A stretch of 54,083 nt of DNA from Legionellales bacterium UBA7366 (GTDB lineage Bacteria > Pseudomonadota > Gammaproteobacteria > UBA7366). The notes beneath the pieces were generated by a model. The model was not told the DNA's origin and made no database searches. It was given only the letters and a program-made list of their open reading frames with translations. Shown piece by piece: positions 41,249 to 50,982 of this stretch (positions are counted from its first letter, which is position 1; each line of letters starts with the position of its first letter). The stretch lies in assembly GCA_002469885.1 (NCBI GenBank), contig DKOI01000112.1, positions 1 through 54,083 on the forward strand, written 5' to 3'. The position numbers and the translations under genes were made by a program.

Positions 41249-42622
41249 TTAAATAAAAGTTACCTTCACTTGAAACAATTTTTCCAACTCCCGACTGCGT
41301 AACTTGTCTGTTAGGAAAATGATTATATGGTCTTCTGACTCTATCACCGTATCATCATGTGGGACTAACACATTGCCCGACCTCACGATCACACCCACGT
41401 TAGCACCTTCAGGCATTTTAATATTGCGAATTTCTCGGCCTACAACATTCGATGTTCTCTCATCTCCATGCACAACAACTTCAATCGCTTCTGCTGCGCC
41501 TCGGCGTAAGGAGTGAACATTCATAACATCACCTTGCCTAATATGCGCGAGGATGGTGCTAATGGTTGCATGTTGAGGTGAGATGATAATATCGATATCG
41601 CCGCCTTCAATCAAATCCGCATAAGCGGGTCTTGCAACCAAGGCGATCACATGAGGAACGCCCATTTTTTTTGCCTGCAAACAAGACATGATATTATCTT
41701 CATCGTTATTGGTTAAAGCACAAAACACATCCATCTTTTGAATGTTTTCGCCTTGAAGTAAAGCTGTGTCAGTCGCATCACCAAACAAGACCGTTGCTTT
41801 TTCTAATTTTCCCGCCAAATAATTGGCACGATTCCGGTTAGTTTCAATCACTTTCATTGAAAACTTATCTTCTAGATTTTTTGTCACCAAGAAACCAATT
41901 GTACCGCCGCCGGCAACCATAATGTTTTTATAGCGGTTGCGTTCACAACCAAACGCATCTAACACTTTAGAAACATGGCTTCTCTCTGAGATGAAGAAAA
42001 CTTCATCGCCAGATTTCATCACAACATCACTGGTTAACTGTACGGCTTGGGTTTCTCTGAACACCGCTGCTACATGGCTATTAAAATCTTCAATGAGTTT
42101 TTCCATCTCACCCAGTGTAACGCCGGATAAATTTCCGCCTTGGCGAATGCGTACGGCAACAAGCTGTACTTTTCCTTCATAAAAATCTAACACTTGCAAT
42201 GTCCCGGGTCGCTCAATCAACTGCGACACATAACGGGCTACGAGTTGTTCTGGGCTAATACAAACGTCGACGGGTAAGTTATCGGAAGAATAGAGGTCAG
42301 GGGTTGCTAAATAATGCGGGGACCGAATACGCGAAATTTTCTTAGGTATGTTAAAAAGCGAATAGGCGACTTGGCAACTCAACATATTCACTTCATCACT
42401 GTCTGTCACCGCTACCAACATATCAGTATCGGAAGCTTGCGCTTCTTCTAAAACATCTGGATAAGAGCCCAAACCACGCACTGTTCGGATATCAAATCGA
42501 TTCTGTAATTCACGCAAGGCTTCTGTGTCAGTATCAATGACGGTAATGTCATTTTTCTCGCTCGCTAAGTTTTCCGCAAGTGTTCTACCAATCTGCGTCG
42601 TCCCTAGGATAATAATTTTCAT
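41249..42622 (-). CDS. trkA: Trk-system NAD-binding component TrkA
   Basis: MKIIILGTTQIGRTLAENLASEKNDITVID matches the E. coli TrkA N-terminus, with two tandem Rossmann/RCK halves. True start is ATG 42622; the track ORF is extended to 42670. Confidence 0.92.
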   Translation of the reverse strand: MKIIILGTTQIGRTLAENLASEKNDITVIDTDTEALRELQNRFDIRTVRGLGSYPDVLEEAQASDTDMLVAVTDSDEVNMLSCQVAYSLFNIPKKISRIRSPHYLATPDLYSSDNLPVDVCISPEQLVARYVSQLIERPGTLQVLDFYEGKVQLVAVRIRQGGNLSGVTLGEMEKLIEDFNSHVAAVFRETQAVQLTSDVVMKSGDEVFFISERSHVSKVLDAFGCERNRYKNIMVAGGGTIGFLVTKNLEDKFSMKVIETNRNRANYLAGKLEKATVLFGDATDTALLQGENIQKMDVFCALTNNDEDNIMSCLQAKKMGVPHVIALVARPAYADLIEGGDIDIIISPQHATISTILAHIRQGDVMNVHSLRRGAAEAIEVVVHGDERTSNVVGREIRNIKMPEGANVGVIVRSGNVLVPHDDTVIESEDHIIIFLTDKLRSRELEKLFQVKVTFI

Positions 42623-43449
42623 AAATTCACAGTCCCTGTAAAAACGGTGTGTGCAGGACCGGTCATCCAAACAACATCATCACTATTCCCTGTCCATGTA
42701 ATAGTCAAATCGCCCCCAGGCATATTGACTAACACCTCATCCTGACAGTGTCCTTGTAAAATGCTGGCAACAGCCGCGGCGCATGCTGATGTTCCACACG
42801 CCAGTGTTTTTCCGGCACCACGCTCGTATGTAACGAGCTCAATCCTATTGTGTTCTATAATATGCACAAAGCCAACATTCACACCTTCTGGGAAATCGGG
42901 ATGCTCACCTATGACTTGACCCCAGCTATCGAGCTCACGTTTATCAAACGCATCAATGATAACAATCGCATGTGGATTGCCCATATTAACAACAGTAACT
43001 TCAAAATCACCCAGCGCTGTTTTTATCGTGTGCGGGTTAGCTTCTTTGGATGCGCTAAAGGGAATGTCTTTGGGTAAAAATAGTGGGCAGCCCATACTGA
43101 CTTTGACAAGTCCTTCCTCTCCCACAGTCGCCCTGTATTGCCCTGAAACGGTTTCAAGTACAACTTCGCCCCCAGAGATGAGTTCATGATCTTTTGCGAA
43201 CCTAGCGACACAGCGGGCGCCGTTGCCGCATTGCTGCACCTCACTACCGTCTGCATTAAAAATATGGAAGAAAATATTTGAACTGCCTTCGGCTTGCTTT
43301 GTTAACAGCAACTGGTCAAAGCCAATTCCGAAATTTCGATTAGCGAGCTTTTTTATTTCATCAACCGTGGGTTTCCACGTCTGTGAGATGCCATCAACAA
43401 CCATAAAGTCGTTGCCAAGGCCTTGCATTTTATCAAAATGAATAATCAT
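42619..43449 (-). CDS. dapF: diaminopimelate epimerase
   Basis: 276 aa with FDKMQGLGNDFMVVD at the N-terminus and catalytic Cys motifs (QCGNGARC, ACGTSACA). ATGA overlap with the trkA start. Confidence 0.94.
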   Translation of the reverse strand: MIIHFDKMQGLGNDFMVVDGISQTWKPTVDEIKKLANRNFGIGFDQLLLTKQAEGSSNIFFHIFNADGSEVQQCGNGARCVARFAKDHELISGGEVVLETVSGQYRATVGEEGLVKVSMGCPLFLPKDIPFSASKEANPHTIKTALGDFEVTVVNMGNPHAIVIIDAFDKRELDSWGQVIGEHPDFPEGVNVGFVHIIEHNRIELVTYERGAGKTLACGTSACAAAVASILQGHCQDEVLVNMPGGDLTITWTGNSDDVVWMTGPAHTVFTGTVNL

Positions 43450-43474
43450 TCAACGAGTTTAGCCAAATCAACTA

Positions 43475-43588
43475 TCACTGGCCATCAATTTTTTGATCAT
43501 CTTGCGGTGGTAAGAACAAAGGACCTGATTGTCCACAGCTCGTTAGTACAAAACTTGCCAATATAAGTGTAGCAGCGACGTATTTCAT
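43475..43588 (-). CDS. lptM: small lipoprotein LptM (YifL)
   Basis: Not in the ORF track (37 aa): MKYVAATLILASFVLTSCGQSGPLFLPPQDDQKIDGQ. It has a lipobox followed by the CGQxGPL(Y/F)LP signature, and holds the conserved position just upstream of dapF. Confidence 0.8.
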   Translation of the reverse strand: MKYVAATLILASFVLTSCGQSGPLFLPPQDDQKIDGQ

Positions 43589-44217
43589 AACTTATTCCCA
43601 AAAATGAGTGGAATCGCAGTATAAACGTAAACATCTAAAAACAAAAACTGGATAAGTCTGTGGACAAGCCCCCTCAATACTCGTGAACAAGATGTTGAAA
43701 ACTAGGGGGGAAAATAGAAAAAATAGTTACACACTTCTTATGCACAGAGTTTATCGTGAGTTATCAGCAAAGTTTTAGTTAACGTAACATACTGTAATAA
43801 ATAAACTTATAAGACTTACCCACAGAAAATAGGCTCAGTAATAATAACAGTAATATTAAATATTTAAATAATATTATTATTACTGACAATAAAAAGTGGG
43901 TACCTAAAAGTGAAAACTGGGCAATTTTTAATTGTGGATAACTCTCTGTATAAGTGCACTGGCTTACTGTGGTATTGCATTGCATAAAGTGAGGTTTATT
44001 GGGGAAATTATGTTATCCACGATTTAAACACAGCTCAACTCAAAGGGTTCACAGCAAATTATTATTACCATAAAGTGTTGTTTTTAATGTTAGAATTATA
44101 CTTATCCACAGAGTTGTTGTTCAGTAATAATAATAACAAGATTTAATATATAATCTTATATATTATTAGGGACCCATAAATTTTTAGTTAAAAGCGAATA
44201 AAGGTAAAATATATATA
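43589..44217. other. candidate chromosomal replication origin (oriC)
   Basis: DnaA-box 9-mers: TTATCCACA at 44102..44110 (+) and 43933..43941 (-), TTATGCACA at 43738 (+), TTACCCACA at 43816 (+), TTATCCACG at 44013 (+), and TTGTCCACA at 43659 (-) and 43529 (+, inside lptM). AT-rich repeats CAGTAATAATAA occur at 43836 (+), 44122 (+) and 43874..43885 (inverted). A 12-bp palindrome TTAAATATTTAA is also present. Neighbours are gyrB and rpmH-rnpA-yidC-mnmE. Confidence 0.55.
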
Positions 44218-45288
44218 ATGTCATCCAATGCTAAGCCTCGTCTTCTTACAGGCGACACACCCACAGGTAAACTTCACTTAGGTCATTATGTGGGCTCACT
44301 TGAAAATAGAATTGCATTACAAGACGAATATGAGTGTTATTTCATCCTTGCAAACATACATGCATACACAACGCGCTTTAATCGACCACAAGAAATACAT
44401 GATAGTGTGTTAGATATTGCCATCGATTATTTAGGTGCAGGAATTGACCCTAATAAAAGCACGATATTTATTCAATCAGAAGTTCCAGCCATATCAGAAC
44501 TCACTTTCTTGTTTAGTATGTTGTTACCTTATCCACGTGTTATGCGTAACCCGACTATCAAAGATGAAATTCGTGATAAAGATTTAGGGGATAACTATCC
44601 ATTTGGATTTTTACTGTACTCAGTTGGACAGGTGGCGGACATTTTAGCGTTTCGTCCAGAAATTGTTCCCGTTGGTGAAGATCAATTACCTCATATTGAA
44701 ATGACGCGTGAAGTCGCAAGACGTTTTAACCAACTCTACTGCGCTGTAGATTCACATGCAGCTGATGAAGAGCAGATAGACCTAGGGGGTATCTTACCCG
44801 TCGTAAAGGCTAAGCTTGGCCGTACAAAGCGTTTAATAGGCACGGGGGCGCCTACTGAGGAAGGTCAATTGTTGAAAATGAGCAAATCATTGAACAATGC
44901 CATTATGTTGAGTGATGATAATGATACGATCAAAAAGAAAGTGATGGGAATGTATACAGATCCTAACCGTCTTAAAGCCACGGACCCAGGTTCCGTTGAA
45001 AATAACCCTTTATGGATTTTTCATGAAACGTTTAACCCTGACACAGCGTGGGTAGAAGAAACACAAGAGCGTTACCGTCAGGGAACTGTCGGTGATGTTG
45101 AGTGTAAGCGTGCATTAATTGATGTGTTGGTTTCATTGATCGAGCCTATTCGAGAAAGACGTTTAGTGTATGAAAATGACAAGGCGCAAGTATTATCAAT
45201 TTTGAAGGAAGGTTCTCAGCGAGCCAATGCTGAGGCGCAGAAAACGTTAGCTTTAGTTAAAGAGGCTATGAAGCTCTCATTTTTTTAA
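44218..45288 (+). CDS. trpS: tryptophan--tRNA ligase
   Basis: 356 aa class I aaRS with HIGH-type motif TGKLHLGHY and a KMSKS motif. Confidence 0.9.
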   Translation: MSSNAKPRLLTGDTPTGKLHLGHYVGSLENRIALQDEYECYFILANIHAYTTRFNRPQEIHDSVLDIAIDYLGAGIDPNKSTIFIQSEVPAISELTFLFSMLLPYPRVMRNPTIKDEIRDKDLGDNYPFGFLLYSVGQVADILAFRPEIVPVGEDQLPHIEMTREVARRFNQLYCAVDSHAADEEQIDLGGILPVVKAKLGRTKRLIGTGAPTEEGQLLKMSKSLNNAIMLSDDNDTIKKKVMGMYTDPNRLKATDPGSVENNPLWIFHETFNPDTAWVEETQERYRQGTVGDVECKRALIDVLVSLIEPIRERRLVYENDKAQVLSILKEGSQRANAEAQKTLALVKEAMKLSFF

Positions 45289-45317
45289 ACGCAATAACTT
45301 AGCAAGGGCGGTATGCG

Positions 45318-46265
45318 ATGAAGTTGATTATCCAGATTCCATGCTATAACGAAGAAAACACACTGACTGAAACAGTGCGTGACTTACCCACAGAAATTGA
45401 GGGAATAGATTCAATTGAATATTTAGTCATTTTAGATGGCTGCACCGATAAAACAGAACAAGTGGCAAAAGAGTGTGGTGTTCATCACATTTTATCATTA
45501 GGCAGAAATTTTGGTTTAGCGACTGCGTTTATGCGCGGTCTCGACTATGCGTTATTACAGGGCGCTGATATTGTTGTTAACACCGATGGTGATAATCAAT
45601 ATTCAGGTTTTGATATTCCCAAACTTGTTGAGCCTATTTTATCTGAAAAAGCAGATATGGTGATTGGTTCTCGACCTATCGTTAAACACCCTGAATTTGG
45701 TTTTGTGAAAAAAATATTACAAGTTGTCGGCAGTTGGGTGTTGAGGTGTTTATCAAAAACGCATGTTAAAGATGCGCCTTCAGGTTTTAGGGCTTATAGT
45801 CGAGAAACTTGCATGAAGTTGCATTTGCATTCCTCATTTTCGCATTGTACTGAATCCTTAATTCAAGCGGGGCATTTAGGTTTAGTCGTAGACTCTGTGG
45901 ATATTAATATTAATCCTAAAACGCGAGACTCTCGTTTATTTTCCAGTGTCTCTCAATACATTTGGAAACAGGGAAAGACGATGTTGTCCATGTTTCTTTT
46001 GTATAGGCCGGGTGTTTTTTTCTTTTGTCTAGGATTATGTTTTATCATTCCTGCTTTTATTCTTGGCATACATTTTATTGATGCCGTTTACATCCATCCT
46101 CGAGAACTGCGTCATGGAATGACGCCAACGTTAATTTTGTTGGCAATGCTTGGACTGTTTGGATTTATTTCCTGGTCATTGGGTGTTTTAGGCGATTTAA
46201 TCAAAAACCAACGTCGGATCACAGAAGAGCAATTGTTCATTACAAAAAAGAATTATTATGCTTAA
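45318..46265 (+). CDS. family-2 glycosyltransferase, polyprenol-phosphate sugar transferase type (GtrB/ArnC/Dpm1-like)
   Basis: IQIPCYNEE and DGDNQY (DxD) motifs, plus two C-terminal TM helices. Confidence 0.8.
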   Translation: MKLIIQIPCYNEENTLTETVRDLPTEIEGIDSIEYLVILDGCTDKTEQVAKECGVHHILSLGRNFGLATAFMRGLDYALLQGADIVVNTDGDNQYSGFDIPKLVEPILSEKADMVIGSRPIVKHPEFGFVKKILQVVGSWVLRCLSKTHVKDAPSGFRAYSRETCMKLHLHSSFSHCTESLIQAGHLGLVVDSVDININPKTRDSRLFSSVSQYIWKQGKTMLSMFLLYRPGVFFFCLGLCFIIPAFILGIHFIDAVYIHPRELRHGMTPTLILLAMLGLFGFISWSLGVLGDLIKNQRRITEEQLFITKKNYYA

Positions 46266-46647
46266 ACGATTAACAGTATTTGTTAAGTTTATGATATCGG
46301 GCGGGCCTGCTTTTCTATCGGCGCTGATTCTGAACTTTTTACTGGTTGAGTTTCTTCATACCCCAATACCTGTTGCTTATTGCGCCATCTTGATTTTTCA
46401 ACTACTTCTGAATTACGTCATAATTAAGCTGTTTGTCTTTAAGTCAGATGGTAAGTTATTTGATGCAAAAGAGATGTTTACTTTCTTTTCAGGGGTATTG
46501 GGCTTTCGCGTATTAGATTTATTGTTATACACCTTTTTAACTACTTATCTATCTGTGTACTTTATGTACGCCCAAGTAGGTAATATGTTACTGTTTTCAG
46601 TTGCTAGGTTTTTGTTTTCAGAGAAAATACTCGATAAAAAACAGTAA
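46258..46647 (+). CDS. GtrA-family membrane protein
   Basis: 129 aa with four TM helices. Overlaps the stop of the preceding GT2 gene, the typical GtrA/GtrB pairing. Confidence 0.7.
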   Translation: MLKRLTVFVKFMISGGPAFLSALILNFLLVEFLHTPIPVAYCAILIFQLLLNYVIIKLFVFKSDGKLFDAKEMFTFFSGVLGFRVLDLLLYTFLTTYLSVYFMYAQVGNMLLFSVARFLFSEKILDKKQ

Positions 46648-46702
46648 GTTATTAGAATCGGTAGGTTTAAAAGTCTACAAGCCATCCTCTTGATATAGAC
46701 GC

Positions 46703-46731
46703 TTGCAATTTAGTTAGCGCTGCACTATAGT
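46703..46731 (+). promoter_or_regulatory. rpmH promoter
   Basis: TTGCAA (46703..46708), a 17-nt spacer, then TATAGT (46726..46731). A 12-bp palindrome GCACTATAGTGC (46722..46733) overlaps the -10. Confidence 0.5.
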
Positions 46732-46767
46732 GCTACATCAATTTTTCAGACGCGGATTTTAAAGAAA

Positions 46768-46902
46768 ATGAAAAGAACATTTCAACCAAGTAAACTTAAA
46801 AGAGCTCGTACCCATGGTTTTCGTGCACGTATGGCAACAAAGAATGGCCGTAGGGTTGTTAATGCACGTCGCAGAAAGGGCCGTAAGCGTTTAACTGCTT
46901 AA
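46768..46902 (+). CDS. rpmH: 50S ribosomal protein L34
   Basis: Not in the ORF track (44 aa): [44 protein letters not shown]. Confidence 0.97.
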   Translation: MKRTFQPSKLKRARTHGFRARMATKNGRRVVNARRRKGRKRLTA

Positions 46903-46912
46903 GACTAATTAC

Positions 46913-47269
46913 GTGCCAGAGAGCTTTCCCAAAAATCATCGCTTGCTGACACAAGATGAATTTGGCCTTGTTTTGAATAAAAACACGGGCCGGATTCGTC
47001 AGAATTCTATTTTAATCCTCTTTAAAAATAACACCCACCCCCATTCTCGTATTGGTTTAGCTATCGCTAAACGATTACTCAAAAAAGCCTCCCAAAGAAA
47101 TCGAATTAAACGCTTAGTTCGTGAGTCATTTCGTAAAAAAAGTGATGAACTCAAGTGTCTGGATATAGTAGTATTGGGTCGCGATGGTATCGCAACTCAA
47201 GATAATCAACAAATTACAGAGTGTTTAGACAAGATATGGGAAAAATTACAAGCAAAGTGCAAATCATAG
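46913..47269 (+). CDS. rnpA: ribonuclease P protein component
   Basis: 118 aa basic protein with a GTG start and the RNR-like motif (ASQRNRIKRLVRESFR). Position is after rpmH. Confidence 0.9.
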   Translation: MPESFPKNHRLLTQDEFGLVLNKNTGRIRQNSILILFKNNTHPHSRIGLAIAKRLLKKASQRNRIKRLVRESFRKKSDELKCLDIVVLGRDGIATQDNQQITECLDKIWEKLQAKCKS

Positions 47270-47478
47270 CAATTGGGGCCATTCGCCTTTATCGTTATCT
47301 GATTAGCCCTTGGTTTGGTGTTAATTGTCGCTTTTATCCATCTTGTTCACATTATGCAATGGATGCAATTAAAGGCCATGGTCTATTAAAAGGCTTGTGG
47401 TTTTCTTCGCGTCGTTTGTTGCGTTGTCACCCCTGGCATCCAGGGGGGTATGATCCCGTCCCAGGCGAAAAGAATTAA
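47236..47478 (+). CDS. yidD: membrane protein insertion efficiency factor YidD
   Basis: IRLYRYLISPWFGVNCRFYPSCSHYAMDAI...CHPWHPGGYDPVP. ATG 47236 is preferred over the track start 47221. Confidence 0.88.
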   Translation: MGKITSKVQIIAIGAIRLYRYLISPWFGVNCRFYPSCSHYAMDAIKGHGLLKGLWFSSRRLLRCHPWHPGGYDPVPGEKN

Positions 47479-47501
47479 TACGTTAACTAAAGGTAAGTTA
47501 T

Positions 47502-49262
47502 ATGGATTTTCAGAAAGGTTTTATTTATGTGGCGCTCGCAATTATTGCGTTCTTGCTTTATAGCAATTGGCAACAAGAGCACGTCATTGGCACACAAGCT
47601 GTTGTTGAAAGCCAAGCGGTTCCTGTAACGCCGAACACCAACGTGCCAAGCATCTCGACAATTTCAAAGGTCAAGCAGAATCCGGCGACGAGTGTACCTA
47701 CCGTTAAGAAGCCATCACAAGCTGCGAATAAACCAGTCACGCAAGCAAATGGTGAAATGGTGACAGTGACAACAGATGTGTTGACGGTGAAGATTGACAC
47801 GATGGGCGGAAAAATTCTCCAAGCAAACCTTAATAAATATCCTCAAAAATACTTTCAAGAAACACCAATTTCATTATTTGGTATCAAATTATTTACTTGG
47901 AAAGTGGCAAAGTACAACCATGAAGCAACAGAGTTACTCAACAATAAACCTGGCACACTTTATATTGCAGAAAGTGGTTTAACAGGTGAGTCTGGACCCG
48001 ATACACCTGATCATTTAGCAACATATAAGATTGATAAGCTCGATTATGTTTTAGATGAAGATCAAGATTCTGTTGATGTTGTGTTGCATTGGCGAAATGA
48101 AGATGGCGTTAAAATTTATAAAACGTTTACATTTGAGCGCGGCGATTATTCCGTTAAAGTGAATTACACTATTGATAACCAATCATTAAAGCCTTGGGAA
48201 GGTAATTTATATGCTTTGATTAATCGCACGGAAGTCCCGCAAGAAGTGCCTGGTTTATTTCACTTAGCGACTTACATGGGCGCAGCAATTTCTACTCCGA
48301 ATAAGCATTATCAAAAAGTGTCATTTAAAGACATGACTAAAGATCCGCTTAGCATGAATGCAGGTATGGGTTGGATTTCTATGATTCAACATTACTTCAT
48401 CAGTGCATGGGCACCAAAAGATGAAGGTACTTATCATTACTACTCTGTGGATAACGGTGATGATCAATACACCATTGGTTTAGTGGGTCCAAGTTTATCT
48501 GTCGAAGGCGGCGCAACTAAAGTATCTGAATTAGTGTTTTATGCAGGCCCAACAACAACGCAGCAACTATCTCAAGTTGCACCACACTTAGATTTGACTG
48601 TGGATTACGGTTGGTTGTGGTGGTTGTCTGAGCCTATCTTTTGGGTGATGAAACATATCCATGATCTCATTGGAAACTGGGGTTTTGCGATCATTTTTGT
48701 GACGGTGATTATTAAATTAATATTTTATCCACTGTCTTCGCTAAGTTACAGGTCTATGGCTGCTATGCGTACCTTGCAACCAAAAATGCAAGCGATCAAA
48801 GAGCGGTATGCGGATGATAAGCAGAAGATAAGTCAGGCGACGATGGAGCTTTATCGAAAAGAAAAGGTGAACCCGTTGTCAGGTTGCTTGCCTATTCTAG
48901 TTCAGATTCCATTTTTCATCGCGTTATATTATGTATTAATGGAAAGTGTTGAGTTAAGACAGGCACCGTTCATTTTCTGGATTCACGATTTATCTACGCG
49001 TGATCCATACTTCATCTTGCCTATATTGATGGGTGGCTCGATGTTCTTGCAACAACGTCTAAGCCCAACACCGCCAGACCCAACACAGGCTAAAGTGATG
49101 ATGTTCTTGCCGATCATCTTTACGGGTATGTTTTTGTTTTTCCCTTCAGGTTTAGTATTGTATTGGTTGACCAATAACGTATTGTCTATATCGCAGCAAT
49201 GGTATATCACACGAACCTATGAAGCAGGCAAAGGAAAAGCTAAAAACAAGAAAAAGAAATGA
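47502..49262 (+). CDS. yidC: membrane protein insertase YidC
   Basis: 586 aa. N-terminal TM, a large periplasmic P1 domain, a conserved 5-TM core ([19 protein letters not shown]), and a Lys-rich tail. Confidence 0.95.
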   Translation: MDFQKGFIYVALAIIAFLLYSNWQQEHVIGTQAVVESQAVPVTPNTNVPSISTISKVKQNPATSVPTVKKPSQAANKPVTQANGEMVTVTTDVLTVKIDTMGGKILQANLNKYPQKYFQETPISLFGIKLFTWKVAKYNHEATELLNNKPGTLYIAESGLTGESGPDTPDHLATYKIDKLDYVLDEDQDSVDVVLHWRNEDGVKIYKTFTFERGDYSVKVNYTIDNQSLKPWEGNLYALINRTEVPQEVPGLFHLATYMGAAISTPNKHYQKVSFKDMTKDPLSMNAGMGWISMIQHYFISAWAPKDEGTYHYYSVDNGDDQYTIGLVGPSLSVEGGATKVSELVFYAGPTTTQQLSQVAPHLDLTVDYGWLWWLSEPIFWVMKHIHDLIGNWGFAIIFVTVIIKLIFYPLSSLSYRSMAAMRTLQPKMQAIKERYADDKQKISQATMELYRKEKVNPLSGCLPILVQIPFFIALYYVLMESVELRQAPFIFWIHDLSTRDPYFILPILMGGSMFLQQRLSPTPPDPTQAKVMMFLPIIFTGMFLFFPSGLVLYWLTNNVLSISQQWYITRTYEAGKGKAKNKKKK

Positions 49263-50605
49263 CTACGCAAACAATTGTAGCACGTGCAACGCCGCCTGGA
49301 AGAGGTGGCGTTGGCATCGTAAGAGTTTCTGGTCCAAAGAGCACTGAGATTGCAAAAGCCATTTTGCAGAAATCCATCGAACCTCGATACGCTCTGCACA
49401 CCCCCTTTTTTTCTAGCAACAATTCGTTGATTGACGAAGGCATTGCTTTATTTTTTAAAGGCCCTAATTCGTTTACAGGTGAAGATGTGCTTGAGTTGCA
49501 AGGACATGGCGGTACGGTTGTTATAGATCAGTTGATTACACGTGTGTTAGAGTTTGATGATGTGCGTATGGCACGACCGGGTGAGTTTTCTGAACGTGCA
49601 TTCCTTAATGATAAAATGGATTTAGTGCAGGCCGAAGCGATTGCTGATCTTATAGATGCAAGATCAACGCAAGCTGCAACATCTGCAGTTCGTTCCTTGC
49701 AAGGCGATTTTTCAAAAAAAGTCACAGCGCTTGTTCAAGCGCTAATTAGACTTAGAATGTATGTTGAATCTGCCATTGATTTTCCTGAAGAGGAAGTTGA
49801 TTTTTTAGCAGATGAAAACGTACAACATAAATTATCCACTATAGAAAATGAATTAAACGATATTTTAGCAAGCGCAAAGCAGGGTGCTTTGTTACGAGAA
49901 GGTATCTCTGTTGTGATAGCTGGAAAACCCAACGCTGGCAAGTCAAGTTTATTGAACGCACTGTCTGGCCGAGATTCTGCAATTGTTACAGATATTCCGG
50001 GGACAACCCGAGATGTGTTACGAGAATATATTCATGTTGATGGCATCCCTTTGCATGTCATTGATACCGCGGGTTTGCGAGAAAGCGATGATGCGGTAGA
50101 AAAAATTGGAGTTGAGCGAGCAACACATGAGATTAAAAAAGCCGACATTGTTTTATTGATTTTGGACGGCGCGCTAGAAGAAGAGGTTAATTTTTCTTTG
50201 CCGAATGATATTTCTTCTGATGCTAAATTAATTATTGTTTCTAATAAAATTGACGTGACAAAAGTGACGCCTCACATAGAAGCTCACTCTCAGGGCCCTG
50301 TTGTATTTGTTTCAGTGAAAGAAAATTTAGGCATTGATTTGTTAATATCAGAATTAAAATCTGCGGCAGGCGCAGAAAAATACAGTGAAAATACTTTTAT
50401 TGCAAGAAAGCGTCACATTGAAGCGTTGAACCTAGCAAAAAAACATTTAGAAAAAGGGTGTGTTCAGTTACGTGAATATAAAGCGGGCGAATTGCTTGCT
50501 GAAGACTTGCGTGCAGCCCAAGAATCTTTATCGGAAATTACAGGCGAATTCACATCAGATGATTTGTTAGGTGTGATTTTTTCCGAGTTTTGCATAGGAA
50601 AATAA
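49259..50605 (+). CDS. mnmE: tRNA modification GTPase MnmE
   Basis: 448 aa with [10 protein letters not shown], the G-domain [12 protein letters not shown] / DTAGLR, and the C-terminal CIGK motif. ATGA overlap with yidC. Confidence 0.95.
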   Translation: MTTQTIVARATPPGRGGVGIVRVSGPKSTEIAKAILQKSIEPRYALHTPFFSSNNSLIDEGIALFFKGPNSFTGEDVLELQGHGGTVVIDQLITRVLEFDDVRMARPGEFSERAFLNDKMDLVQAEAIADLIDARSTQAATSAVRSLQGDFSKKVTALVQALIRLRMYVESAIDFPEEEVDFLADENVQHKLSTIENELNDILASAKQGALLREGISVVIAGKPNAGKSSLLNALSGRDSAIVTDIPGTTRDVLREYIHVDGIPLHVIDTAGLRESDDAVEKIGVERATHEIKKADIVLLILDGALEEEVNFSLPNDISSDAKLIIVSNKIDVTKVTPHIEAHSQGPVVFVSVKENLGIDLLISELKSAAGAEKYSENTFIARKRHIEALNLAKKHLEKGCVQLREYKAGELLAEDLRAAQESLSEITGEFTSDDLLGVIFSEFCIGK

Positions 50606-50618
50606 GGGTAGAAACAGT

Positions 50619-50647
50619 TTGCATCAGAATTTTACTTACTATATGAT
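50619..50647 (+). promoter_or_regulatory. possible promoter of the RRM-protein gene
   Basis: TTGCAT, a 17-nt spacer, then TATGAT, leaving a leader of about 50 nt. Confidence 0.4.
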
Positions 50648-50702
50648 CGCTTCCTAATTGTGAATAACTTTTCATATCGAATTAACTTATAAGAGAGTGT
50701 AT

Positions 50703-50972
50703 ATGTCTAATAAAATTTATATTGGAAATTTGTCTTTTCGCGCAGATCCTAGTGATTTAATCACAGCTTTAGAAGAGCAGTTTGGTGCTTGTGGTGAAAT
50801 TGATGATATTTCTGTTATCGAAGATCGTCAAACAGGAAAAATTAAAGGTTTTGGCTTTATTTCATTCTCAGAAGAAACTTCTGTAAAAAAAGCACTAGAG
50901 CTAGACGGTCAAGATTTATTAGGACGTCCATTGCGTGTTAGTCTTGCTAAAGAAAATGAAAAACGCGACTAA
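50703..50972 (+). CDS. RRM-domain RNA-binding protein
   Basis: 89 aa with RNP2 IYIGNL and RNP1 KGFGFISF. Confidence 0.85.
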   Translation: MSNKIYIGNLSFRADPSDLITALEEQFGACGEIDDISVIEDRQTGKIKGFGFISFSEETSVKKALELDGQDLLGRPLRVSLAKENEKRD

Positions 50973-50979
50973 GCGTTTT
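50960..50979. terminator. short bidirectional hairpin between convergent genes
   Basis: AAAACGC-GACTAA-GCGTTTT: a 7-bp stem overlapping the RRM gene stop, with A/T runs on both sides. Confidence 0.4.
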
Positions 50980-50982
50980 GGT

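Noticed and set aside
43779-43985. 68-aa ORF (MQCNTTVSQ...LILLLLLLSLF) on the minus strand.
   Set aside because: It lies entirely in the AT-rich DnaA-box region. Its low-complexity Leu/Ile/Lys composition is what AT-rich DNA produces. It has no RBS and is better explained as origin DNA.
43836-44138. AT-rich AATAATAATAA-type repeats as a possible CRISPR or tandem-repeat array.
   Set aside because: There are only three short (12-nt) copies with irregular spacing and mixed orientation, with no repeat-spacer periodicity. They are better interpreted as DUE-like elements of the origin candidate.
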